This document shows, piece after piece, positions 1 through 11,964 of a stretch of DNA of 54,575 nt. The notes beneath the pieces are model-generated. The model had not been told where the DNA came from. It was given only the letters and a program-made list of their open reading frames with translations, and did no database searches. This DNA is from Nemertoderma westbladi (Eukaryota > Animalia > Xenacoelomorpha): contig JAUCBJ010007123.1 in the NCBI GenBank assembly GCA_032718475.1, forward strand, positions 1 to 54,575, read 5' to 3'. How positions within the stretch are numbered: the stretch's first letter is position 1; each line of letters opens with the position of its first letter. The translations under genes were made by a program, and so were the position numbers.

Positions 1-1098
1 ATCCCCTTTGAAATTAAATTGTTTGTCACAATAAACGCATTTAGACTTGATGCCTTTGTGAACTGATTCTATGTGTCTCTTTAGATTCCCTTTGACAGTA
101 AATTGTTTGTCACAAGAACCGCAATTATATTTGATACCTTTATGGACTGTTTCTATGTGTCTCTTTAGATCCCCTTTGAAATTAAATAGTTTGTCACAAT
201 AAACGCATTTAGACTTGATGCCTTTGTGAACTGATTCTATGTGTCTCTTCAGATGTCCTTTGTCAGTAAATTGTTTGTCACAAGAAACGCAATTATATTT
301 GATACCTTTATGGACTAATTCTATGTGGACCATTAGATTTCCTTTATAATTAAATTGTTTGTCACAAGAAACGCAATTATATTTGACACCTTTATGAATT
401 GATTCTATGTGTCTCTTTAGAGGTCCCTTGTCACTAAATTGTTTGTCACAAGATTTACAATTATACTTGACACCTCTATGTACTGATTCCATGTGTCTCT
501 TCAGATATCCTTTGTCACTAAATTGTTTGTCACAAGAACCGTAATTATACATGATACCTTTATGCATTGATTCAATGTGTCTCTTTAGACTTCCTTTTTG
601 AGTAAATTGTTTGTCACAAGATTCACATTTATACTTGATACCTTTATGCAATGATTGTTTGCAATTCTTTAAATTTACTTTGCGATTAAATCGCTTACAC
701 TTGTAAACGGATTTAGCTTTTTTCTCAATACAGAAATCTTGTCTTACAACTCGAGATTTATCTTCGGAAGTACCGGTACCGCAAATAGATTCTGCTTCTG
801 ATTTAAAACTGATAACGTTTATACCGCTGATTGTGTTGCCGATTTGATTAATAGAATATTGTTCATCTGTACAGAACTCTTGTTTGATCTTTCGAGATTT
901 ATTTTCGGAAGTACCGCAAATAGGTTCCGATTTAAAACTGATAACGTTTATACCGCTGTTTGTCTCGATTTCTTTATTTACAGTTGGTGGAGCGACGCAG
1001 TTCTCTTGTTCCTCCTCACCGGACTGAGAATCACTTTCATCTGCCATGATACGATCCAGTAAATCCCAAGCAGCGTCACTCAAAGTATTCGAAGACAT
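1..1098 (-). CDS. C2H2 zinc-finger array protein, 3' end runs off the window; paralog of 41234-42811
   Basis: ATG at 1098 aligns to the start of the 42811 copy; indels versus that copy are -6, +6 and -18 nt (frame-preserving); manual translation gives 7 complete 29-aa fingers (e.g. CESCDKQFTQKGSLKRHIESMH, CGSCDKQFTVKGNLKRHIESVH) with no stop to position 1; finger 2 has C>Y. Confidence 0.9.
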   Translation of the reverse strand, partial: MSSNTLSDAAWDLLDRIMADESDSQSGEEEQENCVAPPTVNKEIETNSGINVISFKSEPICGTSENKSRKIKQEFCTDEQYSINQIGNTISGINVISFKSEAESICGTGTSEDKSRVVRQDFCIEKKAKSVYKCKRFNRKVNLKNCKQSLHKGIKYKCESCDKQFTQKGSLKRHIESMHKGIMYNYGSCDKQFSDKGYLKRHMESVHRGVKYNCKSCDKQFSDKGPLKRHIESIHKGVKYNCVSCDKQFNYKGNLMVHIELVHKGIKYNCVSCDKQFTDKGHLKRHIESVHKGIKSKCVYCDKLFNFKGDLKRHIETVHKGIKYNCGSCDKQFTVKGNLKRHIESVHKGIKSKCVYCDKQFNFKGD

Positions 1099-1530
1099 AT
1101 TTAATACAATTCGGACTAACTGACGTATAAATGGGACAGTCTAAATATTACCAATATAATTGAAATTAATGACACAACCATCAGCTCAGTTGGGTCCTTT
1201 AATACTTTCTGGGTTTGGCTGACTGTAATACTGAATGCAGCAGCTACAATGCTTAGGGGAGTGGAGCGCCTTAGAAGTGGACGTGTGTATAGAATTCGGT
1301 ACCTATTAGATCCAAATACAATAGATATAACAGATACACCGGTAGCTACTAAGAACATCGGGCCTCTATCCCTACCAACATCGGTGGGTAACTCTGCGAG
1401 TTTGATTCAGGGAATACAAAAATACTGGAACTTTACAATGGAAGGTTTGCGGCCTCAGTCACTTTATAAAATCGTAACAGAGGTTGTTTAACAATACCTC
1501 GCTAGTAGTTGGCGCCAATTTATCTCTCAT
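660..1530. repeat. Segmental duplication shared with ~42355-43240 (ZF gene 5' half plus ~430 bp upstream)
   Basis: Near-identical sequence in the same orientation, e.g. GAATTCGGTACCTATTAGATCCAAATACAATAGATATAACAGATACACCGGTAGCTACTAAG in both places. Confidence 0.9.
1140..1491 (+). pseudogene. Degenerate fibronectin type III-like coding fragment (second copy at ~42850-43200)
   Basis: With one frameshift reads EINDTTI.LSW ... YRIRY ... WNFTMEGLRPQSLYKI, resembling the FN3 LSW / YxIxY / yTlxGLxPxTxY pattern; disrupted in both copies. Confidence 0.4.
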
Positions 1531-1556
1531 GGATTCAATTATCTATATAGTTAATA

Positions 1557-1712
1557 TGGTCCCCAACGACCATCGTTTTAACTACATAATATCCATTTAT
1601 TTTCGGTGAATTTATGCCGAGTAAACTCCCTTGTCGTTGACCCGCGGATGAGAATTACGTTTTTGTTTTGAAAACGATGGCCGTTGTTGGATTTTATTTA
1701 TTACGGGAGATC
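1557..1712. repeat. Dispersed repeat, second copy at ~53288-53520
   Basis: Shared TGGTCCCCAACG..CATCGTTT, TTTTCGGTGAATTTATGCCGAGTAAA and GAAAACGATGGCCGTTGTTGGATTTT. Confidence 0.75.
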
Positions 1713-1835
1713 CGCGCCCAACCCATGAGCCAAGGCAGGGCCTACAGTTCCGTTGTGACAGACGGAAATGTCTCCCCACGTATTTTGACCCCTCTTGCCC
1801 CCTAGCTAGGACCCAATCTGCTAGCAGATATTGTC

Positions 1836-2854
1836 CGGGGGGGGGTCATTTTAGAAATTTTTTTGTAAATCATCTGCATCTTTCAGACAGGTTTGATGGG
1901 AAAACCGAAATTTCGTGACTTTTCCTAAAATTTAAACTTTAATGGGCTATCTAACAGCGGAAACGCCATTTATATGGCTATGTTAGTTTTCGTGCTATAG
2001 TCCCTTTCTGGCACCCATCTCCAGTATTTTTCGTGCAAAAATTTTCAACATTTTTTATGGCTCACTAAAATAAATGTATTTGCAGTATATAGCGGTTTTT
2101 TTGGATGCTGATCACGATTATAGAACTCAAATATAATATTCGAGAACATTGTTGGTAATTTTGAATGTGCCCCCTGGGGCACGAAAAAAACAAGTAGTGC
2201 AAATATGATAATGAAAAATTACCCAAAATCAGCTCAATTTTATCACCATATAGGTTTTTTAGGATGGTGATCACGAATATGACACTGAAATATATCGTAC
2301 ATTGTTGATTAGGGCATTTTTGGATGTGTCAATGTGCGGCACGAAAAATACAAGTACCGGTAACACAAATTTGATAATCAAAAATTATCCCCAAATCAAC
2401 CTGATGTTAGATATAATGTATTTTCTGGGACGCTGGTCACGAACATGACACTCAAAAATATCGTATTATCCACCAAATTCGATTTTTGCCATTTGAAATT
2501 TTATGCTACTGCACTTGCATTTTTCGTCCCACCAGACAAGTACCAAAAATTATAGTTGCGTTTCCACAGATGATTTTTAACGAGTTATATCGTGATTAGC
2601 GACCTTGAAAACCAGTATAGCATCAGAATTGCCCAACGAAAGCCAAAATTAAACAGTTTTAATTTTGTGGTACTGTACTTTGTACTTCTCGTTGTGGTGC
2701 ACCAGAATGGCACCAAAATTGGGTTTGCATTACCGGAAATATTTATAACTAGTGTCATCGTGATCAGCGACCTCGAAAACCCTTATACTGTACCATCAAA
2801 ATTAAAATTTTTGACCGAAGATTTAAAAAATATCTAAAATGACCCACCCTCCCC
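1836..2854. mobile_element. Non-autonomous TIR-type element; related fragments at ~6960-7060 and ~40280-40440
   Basis: Left end CCGGGG..GGTCATTTTAGAAATTTTTT is inverse to right end AAAAAATATCTAAAATGACCCACCCTCCCCGG; internal repeated GTGATCACGAA and GTGATCAGCGACCTC motifs; 1858-1937 matches 40361-40440 inverted. Confidence 0.5.
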
Positions 2855-2885
2855 GGGCCATTTATTAGCTGCCCCAGTGCGGTAT

Positions 2886-3226
2886 CCCCCCCCCCCCCCC
2901 CCCATGCAGTCCAGTCTCCGTGCCGCCCTTTACCTAATGACACTTGGAGAGAAACCTAATTTTAAATAGACCCCCCCCCCCCCCCCCCATGCAGTCCAGT
3001 CTCCGTGCCGCCCTCTACCTAATGACACTTGGAGAGAAACCTAATTTTAAATAGACCCCCCCCCCCCCCATGCAGTCCAGTCTCCGTGCCGCCCTCTACC
3101 TAATGACACTTGGAGAGAAACCTAATTTTAAATAGACCCCCCCCCCCATGCAGTCCAGTCTCCGTGCCGCCCTCTACCTAATGACACTTGGAGAGAAACC
3201 TAATTTTAAATAGACCCCCCCCCCCC
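2886..3226. repeat. Tandem repeat, 4 units of a ~67-bp core plus variable poly-C
   Basis: ATGCAGTCCAGTCTCCGTGCCGCCCTCTACCTAATGACACTTGGAGAGAAACCTAATTTTAAATAGA(C)n repeated four times. Confidence 0.95.
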
Positions 3227-3358
3227 TTATTTACAGTATAATTTAACAACAAAAGTTTCATAATTATACTGTTATCCGCAGCAATCGTTTCTTAATGCCA
3301 GATTATTTGAATAAAAAATACTTCATTAGGGAATAGGGATGTAAGTATTTTACCTGAA

Positions 3359-6300
3359 CCTGTTACCCCGTATTCGATTGTTTCTAGCCCAACAATTTTT
3401 TCGCGCACCAACCCTACCGGTGTTTAATACCTCCTGCTATTTTGCCATTTACCAGTTTATTAAGATTCTGAAAACACAGGAAAACACAGTAGAGTAAACA
3501 CTAGAAACAAGTGATTCCTGCTTAGTTGTGTTGAAGTGGTTCGGTGACTTTACTCTTGTGGTCGTAAATACGGGTGAAGTATACTTTTCTTTTCCGGAAA
3601 TATCCTTGAGAAACTCGGTCATAAAACTCGATAATAAACTGGTAAATGGGAAAATAGCAGGAGGTATTAAATACCGGTAGGGTTGGTGCGCGAAAAAATT
3701 GCTGGGCTAGAAACAATCGAATACGGGGTAACAGGGTGCCCTGAATCGAGTGGCGGGGTGTGTTTTTTGTAAAAACACGAGGAAACGGTAGAAATGGCGA
3801 GTTTAAGTAAGCCCGGGAAGCCAATTTTGAATATCGCCTGTGATTGGCTGCTACATATTTGACGTATTATGCAGTGAACTGATAATTTTTTATCTTGGTT
3901 TCTATGGATAGAGAGAGTTTAGATCGATTTGTGGCTTATGAATCAATTCGCAATTATAAACTTGCAGATTGCCTGACCGGTATGCAAATAGTACTGATCC
4001 ACACAGGCCTATCAACCTATTGCATTGTAGTATTGCTGTATTGCAGCTTAAGTTAATATTAAGTTGAAATGTTTACCGATGTACTAGTTTCTATTAATTG
4101 AATCCCCTTGAAAAATGACTCCCTTGATTGGGGATTCATTCTAACCTACTGTAGGTTGAAATTAATGTCCTACGAAGTTTGGGTACTAGTTTGTAATGAA
4201 TCCCATAAAAAATGACTCCCAATTCATTTAAACCTAGGTTTTAATCAATCCCTTGATCAACGGGACTCAATACAAACTAGGTTTAAAAGAATCCCTTGAT
4301 CAACGGGATTCAATACAAACTAGGTTTAAAAGAATCCCTTGATCAACGGGATTCAATACAAACTAGGTTTAAAAGAATCCCTTGATCAACGGGATTCAAT
4401 ACAAACTAGGTTTAAAAGAATCCCTTGATCAACGGGATTCAATACAAACTAGGTTTAAAAGAATCCCTTGATCAACGGAATTCAATACAAACTAGGTTTA
4501 AAAGAATCTCTTGATCAACGGGATTCAATACAAACTAGGTTTAAAATAATCCCTTGATCAACGGGATTCAATACAAACTAGGTTTAAAAGAATCCCTTGA
4601 TCAACGGGATTCAATACAAACTAGGTTTGAAAGAATCCCTTGATCAACGGGATTCAATACAAACTAGGTTTAAAATAAGTCTCTGGGTTTAAATGAATCC
4701 CTTGATCAACGGGATTCAATACAAACTAGGTTTAAAAGAATCCCTTGATCAACGGGATTCAATACAAACTAGGTTTAAATGAATCCTTTGATCAACGGGA
4801 TTCAATACAAACTAGGTTTAACAGAATCTCTTGATCAACGGGATTCAATACAAACTAGGTTTAAAAGAATCCCTTGATCAACGGGATTCAATACAAACTA
4901 GGTTTAAAAGAATCCCTTGATCAACGGGATTCAATACAAACTAGGTTTAAAAAAATCCCTTGATCAACGGGATTCAATACAAACTAGGTTTAAAAGACGT
5001 CTCTGGGTTTAAATGAATCCCCTTATAGGCCTACTATTTTTCAGTAAACAGTATTCAAAATAATTTCATTTTTTTATCATCGGATTGCATTGACCACCAA
5101 AAATACCTCTCTCGCAACAATTGTTCCATTCTCTCCCTGCAAGTGCGCTGGTTTCGCCACAACTTTCAATGCCTTCATGAAATATAAATATTTTATTAAA
5201 AAAAAATTAATTTTGTGGCCTAGAGACTTTCGGCCGCCCAGGACCCGAAACTGCCACCTTCCTACGGGTGGTCGGGTCCCGCCTCCACATCGCCACGCAC
5301 GAACCCCGCTCCCACCAGTTTCTCCTGCAGCGCCTTGCTGTGGCGATTTTGGTGGGAAATGCTGCGTCAGTGATGGAAACGGCCGACACTCCACACCACG
5401 GACTGTACGATGTTTAGTTTCCGGGTTATTCGCTCCATGATTAAAACTGAAAGTAACTAATATAAGATATACGTACATTTACGAGTTATATATTAATACC
5501 CGTATATAAGTTATTTGTCAGTCGTTTGCTGTATAAATAATTGTAAAAATGACAAAAATTATGTTTTAAAAAAATATATTTTATATTTCCAATAATTCGT
5601 AGTAAAACATTATCTGAATCAAGTTCATACAGAATTACAGTATGAGCATTTCCTACGGAAATTAGATCTTTTACCTTTTTTGTCACTTCCAACATAAATT
5701 GGGTATATACGAGTTGTATTTCATCAAAATCTTTGTCCCTCATATTTACTGTATTTTACAGTAGACTTTCAGAATGAGATGAACTCACTTATGGAACAAT
5801 CACATCTTATTAAGAGTGCAGGTCACTATTTAACCTATGGATATCCTTGGAGGGATTAATTTCAAACGGCGGACGTCATATCAACCAGGTTGTAAGGACT
5901 CCCTAGATCACTGGGGAGTCATTCTAAACGGGGATTTATTTACACCTTTTACACCGGTCAGCGGTAGCGTAAAAGTGGTTCAACGGTAGGTTTACTCAAC
6001 GTAATGAACTTAAGCAACAATACAGCAATTGTCCTAATTCGATACTGCAATGCAATAGGTATAGCAGCTAGGGCTGAGGGGTCAGCATACGGGGGTCAGG
6101 CAATCTACCAAGTTTGCAAAACTGCAAACAGTATTTTATAAATGTTCATGATCATGAATTTAAGTGATTGTAGTGTTAAAAGACGCGCAAGACTCTCCGC
6201 TTTCAATTGATATAAGCCACGTGTGAAATGATTGAGATTAAATGTGTATTTAAATGGATCTAAAATTACCCACCATAGAAACCAATATAAGAAATTATCG

Positions 6301-6495
6301 AGCACTGCGTGTGACGTCAAATATGTAGCAGCCAATCACAGCCGATTTTCAAAATTGGCTTCCCGTGCTTACTTAAACCCGCCATTTCGACCGTTTCCAC
6401 GTGTTTTTACAAAAAACACACCCTCGCCACTCGATTCAGTGCACCTTGTTACCCCTTATTCGATTGTTTCTAGCCCAACAATTTTTTCTCGCACT
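3359..6495. mobile_element. Foldback-like structure with long diverged inverted arms enclosing a minisatellite
   Basis: 3359-3460 is inverse to 3632-3735; ~3686-4070 is inverse to ~5995-6495 (ORFs 3522-3824 minus and 6232-6504 plus translate to near-identical ASRAYLN.PF.PFPRVFTKNTP); no TSD identified. Confidence 0.65.
4249..5020. repeat. 43-bp minisatellite, ~17 copies, internally palindromic
   Basis: Unit ATCCCTTGATCAACGGGATTCAATACAAACTAGGTTTAAAAGA, head-to-tail with no spacers. Confidence 0.97.
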
Positions 6496-7260
6496 GTATT
6501 ATAATTAATTTTCGAAATTGACAAACATGTCAAGAGGATATTTCTGTAAATATTTACTATTAAAAGTAAGCTTTATATAATATATAATAAATTATTAAAA
6601 TATGAAATTTCCTAACATTTCCTGACACACATCCCTATAGACCTACTTGATGCATTAATTGGAAAGTGGTTGACAGTGTTCGGTTCCCCGCGGCTCTCTA
6701 TTTTGGAAACAATAGAAGCAGTTTCAAATTTGCAATGCAAAATAAATATCAATTAATATTTATTGTTAAGTTTAATCCCATTGGTAAACTAATGATCTGG
6801 TTCAAAAGTCATTGCACCGACACCAACACCACAAACACATAATATAATTTAGCATATCTAGCAAATTTATGCTAGCGGGTTCTTGTATTTTCGTCCCATT
6901 CACACAAGCACCAAAATCGTTAGTTGCGTTAAACACGAATGTTTTTGAAAGAGTTGTATAAAGAGTTGTATCGTGATCAGCGACCTCTAAAACCCTTACC
7001 ATAAAAATGTGAATATTTTTGTCAATATCTAAAAAAATCCCCCCCCCCCCCCCCGGTCAATTAAGTAGTAAAATTAGACCGGGCCAGATAGGGTAAGTAA
7101 TAAACACAACTGTGATAGACCTAAACTGAAACTAAATCTAATAATAATAGAAAGCCGAGATTATAAATGACCGCTGCATGGGTTACAATGTAAAATTAAA
7201 ATAAACTAAAATACTCAAGTTGCACCAAACCAAAAGCTATTAATTTATTATTGATTAATA

Positions 7261-9015
7261 CTAAGTCCGGGATCCAACTATAGATTGTAAAAAGTTAACA
7301 TTGGTTACTATGGCAGTGGTTGCTATGACAATTCGATAGCCGCGTATTCGCCCGAGAAAACGGAGAGCCGCGACTTCGGAAAAAGTACAACCGCCTAGAA
7401 AGTAGACGAGAACAACCTTGGGAGTCTTGGCGGGGTCGCCTCGAGTCTCGGAGAAGAGACCCTCGGGTAGGTACTTGTCGAGGTGTTTCTCTTTGACATT
7501 AGAGAAACCTTGATGGACTAAAACGTTCTCTATGAGTTTAACGCTTATCGGGGAGTAAACGCCACTGAACACGAATGACATATCCGTGGGATTCTTTAGA
7601 TCAACTGTGGCTGGATCATCGGGGAGGGCGTTGAGCTTCGTGGAACACTTACGGAAGTTGGCGAGACCTTGAGGCTGTTCGGTCGAGTCGACTAGAAGAC
7701 CTAGATCCTTGAGATCGCGGAATAAAGGAAGATTTGGGTAGCCGTAGCTGTGCAAGTATTGCATTACAAGCGAATTATAGTCTTTAGTTGGGATAGAAGT
7801 GTTAGTTAAAGAAGCTAAACACAGCAGTCTCACGGCGTGTTGCCATTGCAACTGTTGGTTAATATAGTCCTCGGTTAACTCGAGACATTGTCGGAATTCA
7901 CGGCCTTGTAGCAACTTGTGTTCGGTCTCGAGTAACATGTGGTTGTAATCGAGTTGATAATCCTTGAATATCGACTCGCATATACCGATGTGCAGCGTCA
8001 GACTACGTGATTGGGAGACCGCGCGACCCAAGTTCTTACCGACAAATTCTCTCATTTCCGCGACGCTGAAGTTATCCTTCATATTTTTCGTGGCGTTTAG
8101 CTCGACGGCTTTCGATCGGAGGCTACCGAATAGCACGGTTATGTGGCGGTCGCGGATCTCGCTAAAGAGAGGGTCTTTAGACGAGACGGAGAGCTTAATA
8201 GGGTCGTCGAGACCTGTGACCTTTTTTCCGACCTCGACCGTGCCGCTACGGATACCCATTGTCTCGTCCAAGAGGCCCTCGTAGATGAGCTGCGAGAGGA
8301 GCGGTGTAACTAAATCTACGCTCCTATCGATGAGGAAGAGATGCCCGAATTCCGATTCGATTCCGTGCGGAGGCGGATTCTGCGATAACAGCTCCTCGGT
8401 CATATCGTAAACCGATTTGGCGCAAGGGCCTACGCCATAAACACGCGGGATACGGCCGAAAACAGTCTGTATAGTGAACAAGGAATGCGAGACCGACTTT
8501 AAACCGAAAGTTACCTTTTCTAAAAAATACTCGGAATAAAATAAAGGATTATCGCCAGTCATTAAGTCATCGTCGACAACAAGCAAGTCAAGTTTAAACT
8601 CGTCCACGGTAACGTCGGCAAATATTCCTTGATGTTCGATTTCCGCTACGAATAGGTAATGCATTTGTGGTACTGCAACTAAATGGTATTGCCGCTTGAT
8701 GTCCTGTTCTTTGTCGTATTGAATGTGTTCAACTATAGCCCTGATGTAGGCCAAACTCGGTCGGAATAAATACATCCGCTGGTCGGATACCGAATCTGTT
8801 TTAACAAAACTCTCGAAGGGGAATATTTTGTGGACTCCGTGCTCTTTAACTTCGTTCAGTCCAGCTATCTTACCAACAGCTTTTATAAGGTTGGGTTCTA
8901 TTATTAGATCTTTCATACCTCGATGTTTGTCGAGAATTTGCATCAATTCCCCTTTTGCAATTTGAGTCAAATATGATAAATTGGGAATGGTTGAATCATT
9001 AGAAGATGCAGCCAT
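7261..9015 (-). CDS. VPS33B: Vacuolar protein sorting-associated protein 33B (Sec1/Munc18 family), intronless, 584 aa
   Basis: Sec1-family motifs LIDRSVDLVTPLLSQLIYEGLLDE, DMSFVFSGVYSPISVKLIE and VLVYFLGGCTFSEVAALRFL; N-terminal KDLIIEPNLI resembles VPS33B (KDLFIEADLM) rather than VPS33A. Confidence 0.9.
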   Translation of the reverse strand: MAASSNDSTIPNLSYLTQIAKGELMQILDKHRGMKDLIIEPNLIKAVGKIAGLNEVKEHGVHKIFPFESFVKTDSVSDQRMYLFRPSLAYIRAIVEHIQYDKEQDIKRQYHLVAVPQMHYLFVAEIEHQGIFADVTVDEFKLDLLVVDDDLMTGDNPLFYSEYFLEKVTFGLKSVSHSLFTIQTVFGRIPRVYGVGPCAKSVYDMTEELLSQNPPPHGIESEFGHLFLIDRSVDLVTPLLSQLIYEGLLDETMGIRSGTVEVGKKVTGLDDPIKLSVSSKDPLFSEIRDRHITVLFGSLRSKAVELNATKNMKDNFSVAEMREFVGKNLGRAVSQSRSLTLHIGICESIFKDYQLDYNHMLLETEHKLLQGREFRQCLELTEDYINQQLQWQHAVRLLCLASLTNTSIPTKDYNSLVMQYLHSYGYPNLPLFRDLKDLGLLVDSTEQPQGLANFRKCSTKLNALPDDPATVDLKNPTDMSFVFSGVYSPISVKLIENVLVHQGFSNVKEKHLDKYLPEGLFSETRGDPAKTPKVVLVYFLGGCTFSEVAALRFLGRIRGYRIVIATTAIVTNVNFLQSIVGSRT

Positions 9016-10104
9016 CTCTCTCTACGTCGCCCTGGAGACTCGTTCCCTTTTCCAATTGTCACACGCGACACACCAGCAACATTTTCAAACAATGAAACAG
9101 GCAGCAAAGCAACCAGACAACAGAACAGATATTATATTAACTGTGAACTGATAATAATAAAAATGGTAAGCCTATCGTTACAGCGTTAGGCCTATTTCAG
9201 TATTTACCGCACACATCAAACACACTAGTAGTGTATAGTAGTCACTAAGTCTAGACAGCCATAATCGCGCTGGGCTAATCACAGTAAATCTGTCTGGAGC
9301 TGTCCTTTTGCGGCAATATTTCCAGAGACAGATTACAAAATGGGTGTTGGGATATCTATCTACACATCAAAGCTAGCCGACTTCAATTAATTGAGTACAG
9401 CCAAACTCCCATGCTGCCATGATTGCTTACTGTTGAGTACTACACTCTACTAGACCTACTGTTGTAGGCCCCTAGTGAGAACAATACAAACATTTATTGT
9501 TGAAGTTACATTATCTACCGCTCAGTCAATGGGCTAGCGGTAAATAAGGTTTGCATTATTTACAGTACCTTAGTACGTGCACAAAGGCAAAAGGCAATTG
9601 GAAAATCGATACGAACCATCGACCTATTTCCTTGTAAATTATTTTTGAACTCTAAACATTATTATAACACATTATTGCGCCGCGCGCAACAGATGAAGTG
9701 AATAATATGGAATAAGTATAGTACTGTAGAGTATACCACTACAGCACTACATATACTGTAGTATACATACAGGTATAGGAGACATTTCTGCTGAAAGCAT
9801 TTGATGGTTGTATATTGGTTGATGGTTGTGTTCTATATATTGGTTGAGGCAAGTAGGAAGTTATTAAAGCATCAAAACCCACCAACTGACTGACTGAGGT
9901 GGTGATGATCTAAATAAGCCAATGAACTACAACAAGTATGCTCAGACCTTATTGCATCTGTAGCTACTCTACAATCACGTAGTGTATGTGCAAGATTGAA
10001 TTGTACTATGATAAATTGAAACAAAGTCATACTACTACTACTACTAGGATCGGCATGCTGCATTGCAGCTGCATTTTTAAGAATGCTGTGCCGGCTTGTC
10101 AACA

Positions 10105-10306
10105 AAATTGCACCGCCACAACTCCCTATCACCCATGACATTTGCTAGATCATCCGCATCTTTAAGGCCAGTGTCCTTTAAGATGCGTCTCAAGAAAGTC
10201 ATGGGCTGTCCACCATGCTTATTCACTCCATGAGGCTGCCAAAGTACAAGATTATGCACTGGCTGGTCCTCACGGCGAAAGCAATGTCCTGCAAAGCGGA
10301 GGCGAT
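10105..10306 (-). mobile_element. 3' fragment of RTE-like non-LTR retrotransposon ORF; second copy at ~53527-53660
   Basis: Translates RLRFAGHCFRREDQPVHNLVLWQPHG...LKDTG...MGDRELWR, the typical C-terminal signature of RTE-type ORFs. Confidence 0.7.
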
Positions 10307-10585
10307 CAAAGTCATAAAAACGTAACTAATGAGCTACAACTTGAAAACCATAAGCGAATGGTGATGGAAAGCAAATTTAAAGGTATTAGACCTACTCTTA
10401 AAATCATTTGGAGATAACCAAACTATGGAATCCAATTTTCCTGATTTCACAAAAAGTATGCCTTCTAATAATAACCTAACAATGTAGGCCTACAGATGAT
10501 ATATGAATATGGGTGGATAAATTTGTGGCCTATTGGAGAACTACTGTACATACGGAACAGAGATATACCATCATAAAATAATACA

Positions 10586-10768
10586 TTTATTATAGGAAGG
10601 GATCTAGGGGTCTTAACCTCGAATGATAAGTTTATTTGTGTGATTTATGTGTATTTATGTGATGGGATTAGTCCTACAGTACAATTCCGCCAATAAAAGA
10701 TAAGTTATTTTCGGTAAAATAAACTTATAATTCGAGGTTAAGACCCCTAGATCCCTTCCTATAATAAA
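10586..10768. mobile_element. MITE-like element with ~52-bp inverted repeats
   Basis: TTTATTATAGGAAGGGATCTAGGGGTCTTAACCTCGAAT is inverse to ATTCGAGGTTAAGACCCCTAGATCCCTTCCTATAATAAA. Confidence 0.75.
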
Positions 10769-10874
10769 CAAACACCTCGAAAAATACAGCTTGCCAACAC
10801 ATTGTTACTACAGTATCATAAAATAAACCCCCCCCCCCCCCCCCCCCCCATAGGAGGGAGATATACAATAACTG

Positions 10875-11557
10875 TCAAGTTTCAACTTAAGTGGATTGTA
10901 AATAACAATTCGAGAAAATATTCACTTTCGGAAATTTCACCCTCTACCTGCAGACTGGTGAAATGCAGACGGCGTTGCATTTCTGAAATGCCTGCTTCTC
11001 AAGTTTCAGCTTAAACGGATTGTAAATAGCAAAGTTGGAGAAGATGTTTACTTTCAGACATTTCGCCCTCTAGCGTTAGACTGTGGAACTGTAGACGACT
11101 CTGCGACTCCGTAAAGATACAGCCTATGCTGTAGTAGATAGGCCTACCTACCAAGTTTGAGCTCAAAATAATTAAAATCAACCCAAAGAGATCAGGTTTT
11201 CACTACACACAATTCGCCCTCTAGCGGCAGACAAGGAAACTGTAGACGACTCTGCTTCTCAGTAAAGATACAGCCTATGTTGTAGTAGATACCTACTGTA
11301 CCAAGTTTCAGTCTAAACGGATTGTAAATAACATATTGTAGTTGGAGAAGATGTTCACTTTCAGACAGTTCGCCCTCTATCGGTAGACTGGGGAACTGTA
11401 GATGACTCTGCCTCTCCGTAAAGATACAACCTATGCTGAAGTAGATGCCTACCAAGTTTCAGTCTAAACCGATTGTAAATAACAAAGTTGGAGACGATTT
11501 TCACTTTAAGACTATTAGCCCTATAGCGGCAGACGGGGGAACTTCAGACAGCTCTGA
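10875..11557. repeat. Diverged tandem repeat, ~125-150-bp units, ~5 copies
   Basis: Recurring CAAGTTTCAGTCTAAACGGATTGTAAATAAC...TTCGCCCTCTAGCGGCAGAC...GAACTGTAGACGACTCTGC...GTAAAGATACAGCCTATG. Confidence 0.85.
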
Positions 11558-11964
11558 GTATTACGTTGCAACGAGTTAGGGCGAGACTTCTAATCGAGAT
11601 ACTGAGTGAATCATTTTCTCATGATCTACCAATGTGAGCTGGGTAATAGTGTGTGTACTGGCTTTTAATGTTGGCATACATAAATAGTAAGGGTCAATCT
11701 CAGAAATAATGTGACATAGAAGGACATACAAGATACAAAGTCCTTTAACACTTACTTTCGTGGCACCAATAAATCAGATGAAACAGCGAAATGAGCACAA
11801 TAGTGATGTCCAACGGGGTAATTTTGAACTCTGTAGTGTGGAATGTGCTGAGTCCCATTCCCATACGAAAGAAATAAGACTATTAGAATATGACAATAAC
11901 AATGAGCATCTGAATAACGAAAACCTCTGCCATATCATGTGTTCTGATTCGGGGAAGAGATAAA

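Noticed and set aside
4249-5020. CRISPR-like palindromic repeat array
   Set aside because: Units are contiguous with no unique spacers, no cas genes, eukaryotic context
5077-5743. ORFs inside the foldback element as transposase
   Set aside because: Short, with no DDE or DNA-binding motif recognisable
7964-8284. Antisense ORF within VPS33B; similar shadow ORFs over APLF, TAF9, ZF genes and LINEs
   Set aside because: Opposite-strand or alternate-frame shadows of real coding sequence without recognisable domains
9162-9170. ATG|GTAAGC as first exon of a gene divergent from VPS33B
   Set aside because: No in-frame downstream exon identified; splicing to 19429 would be out of frame with APLF
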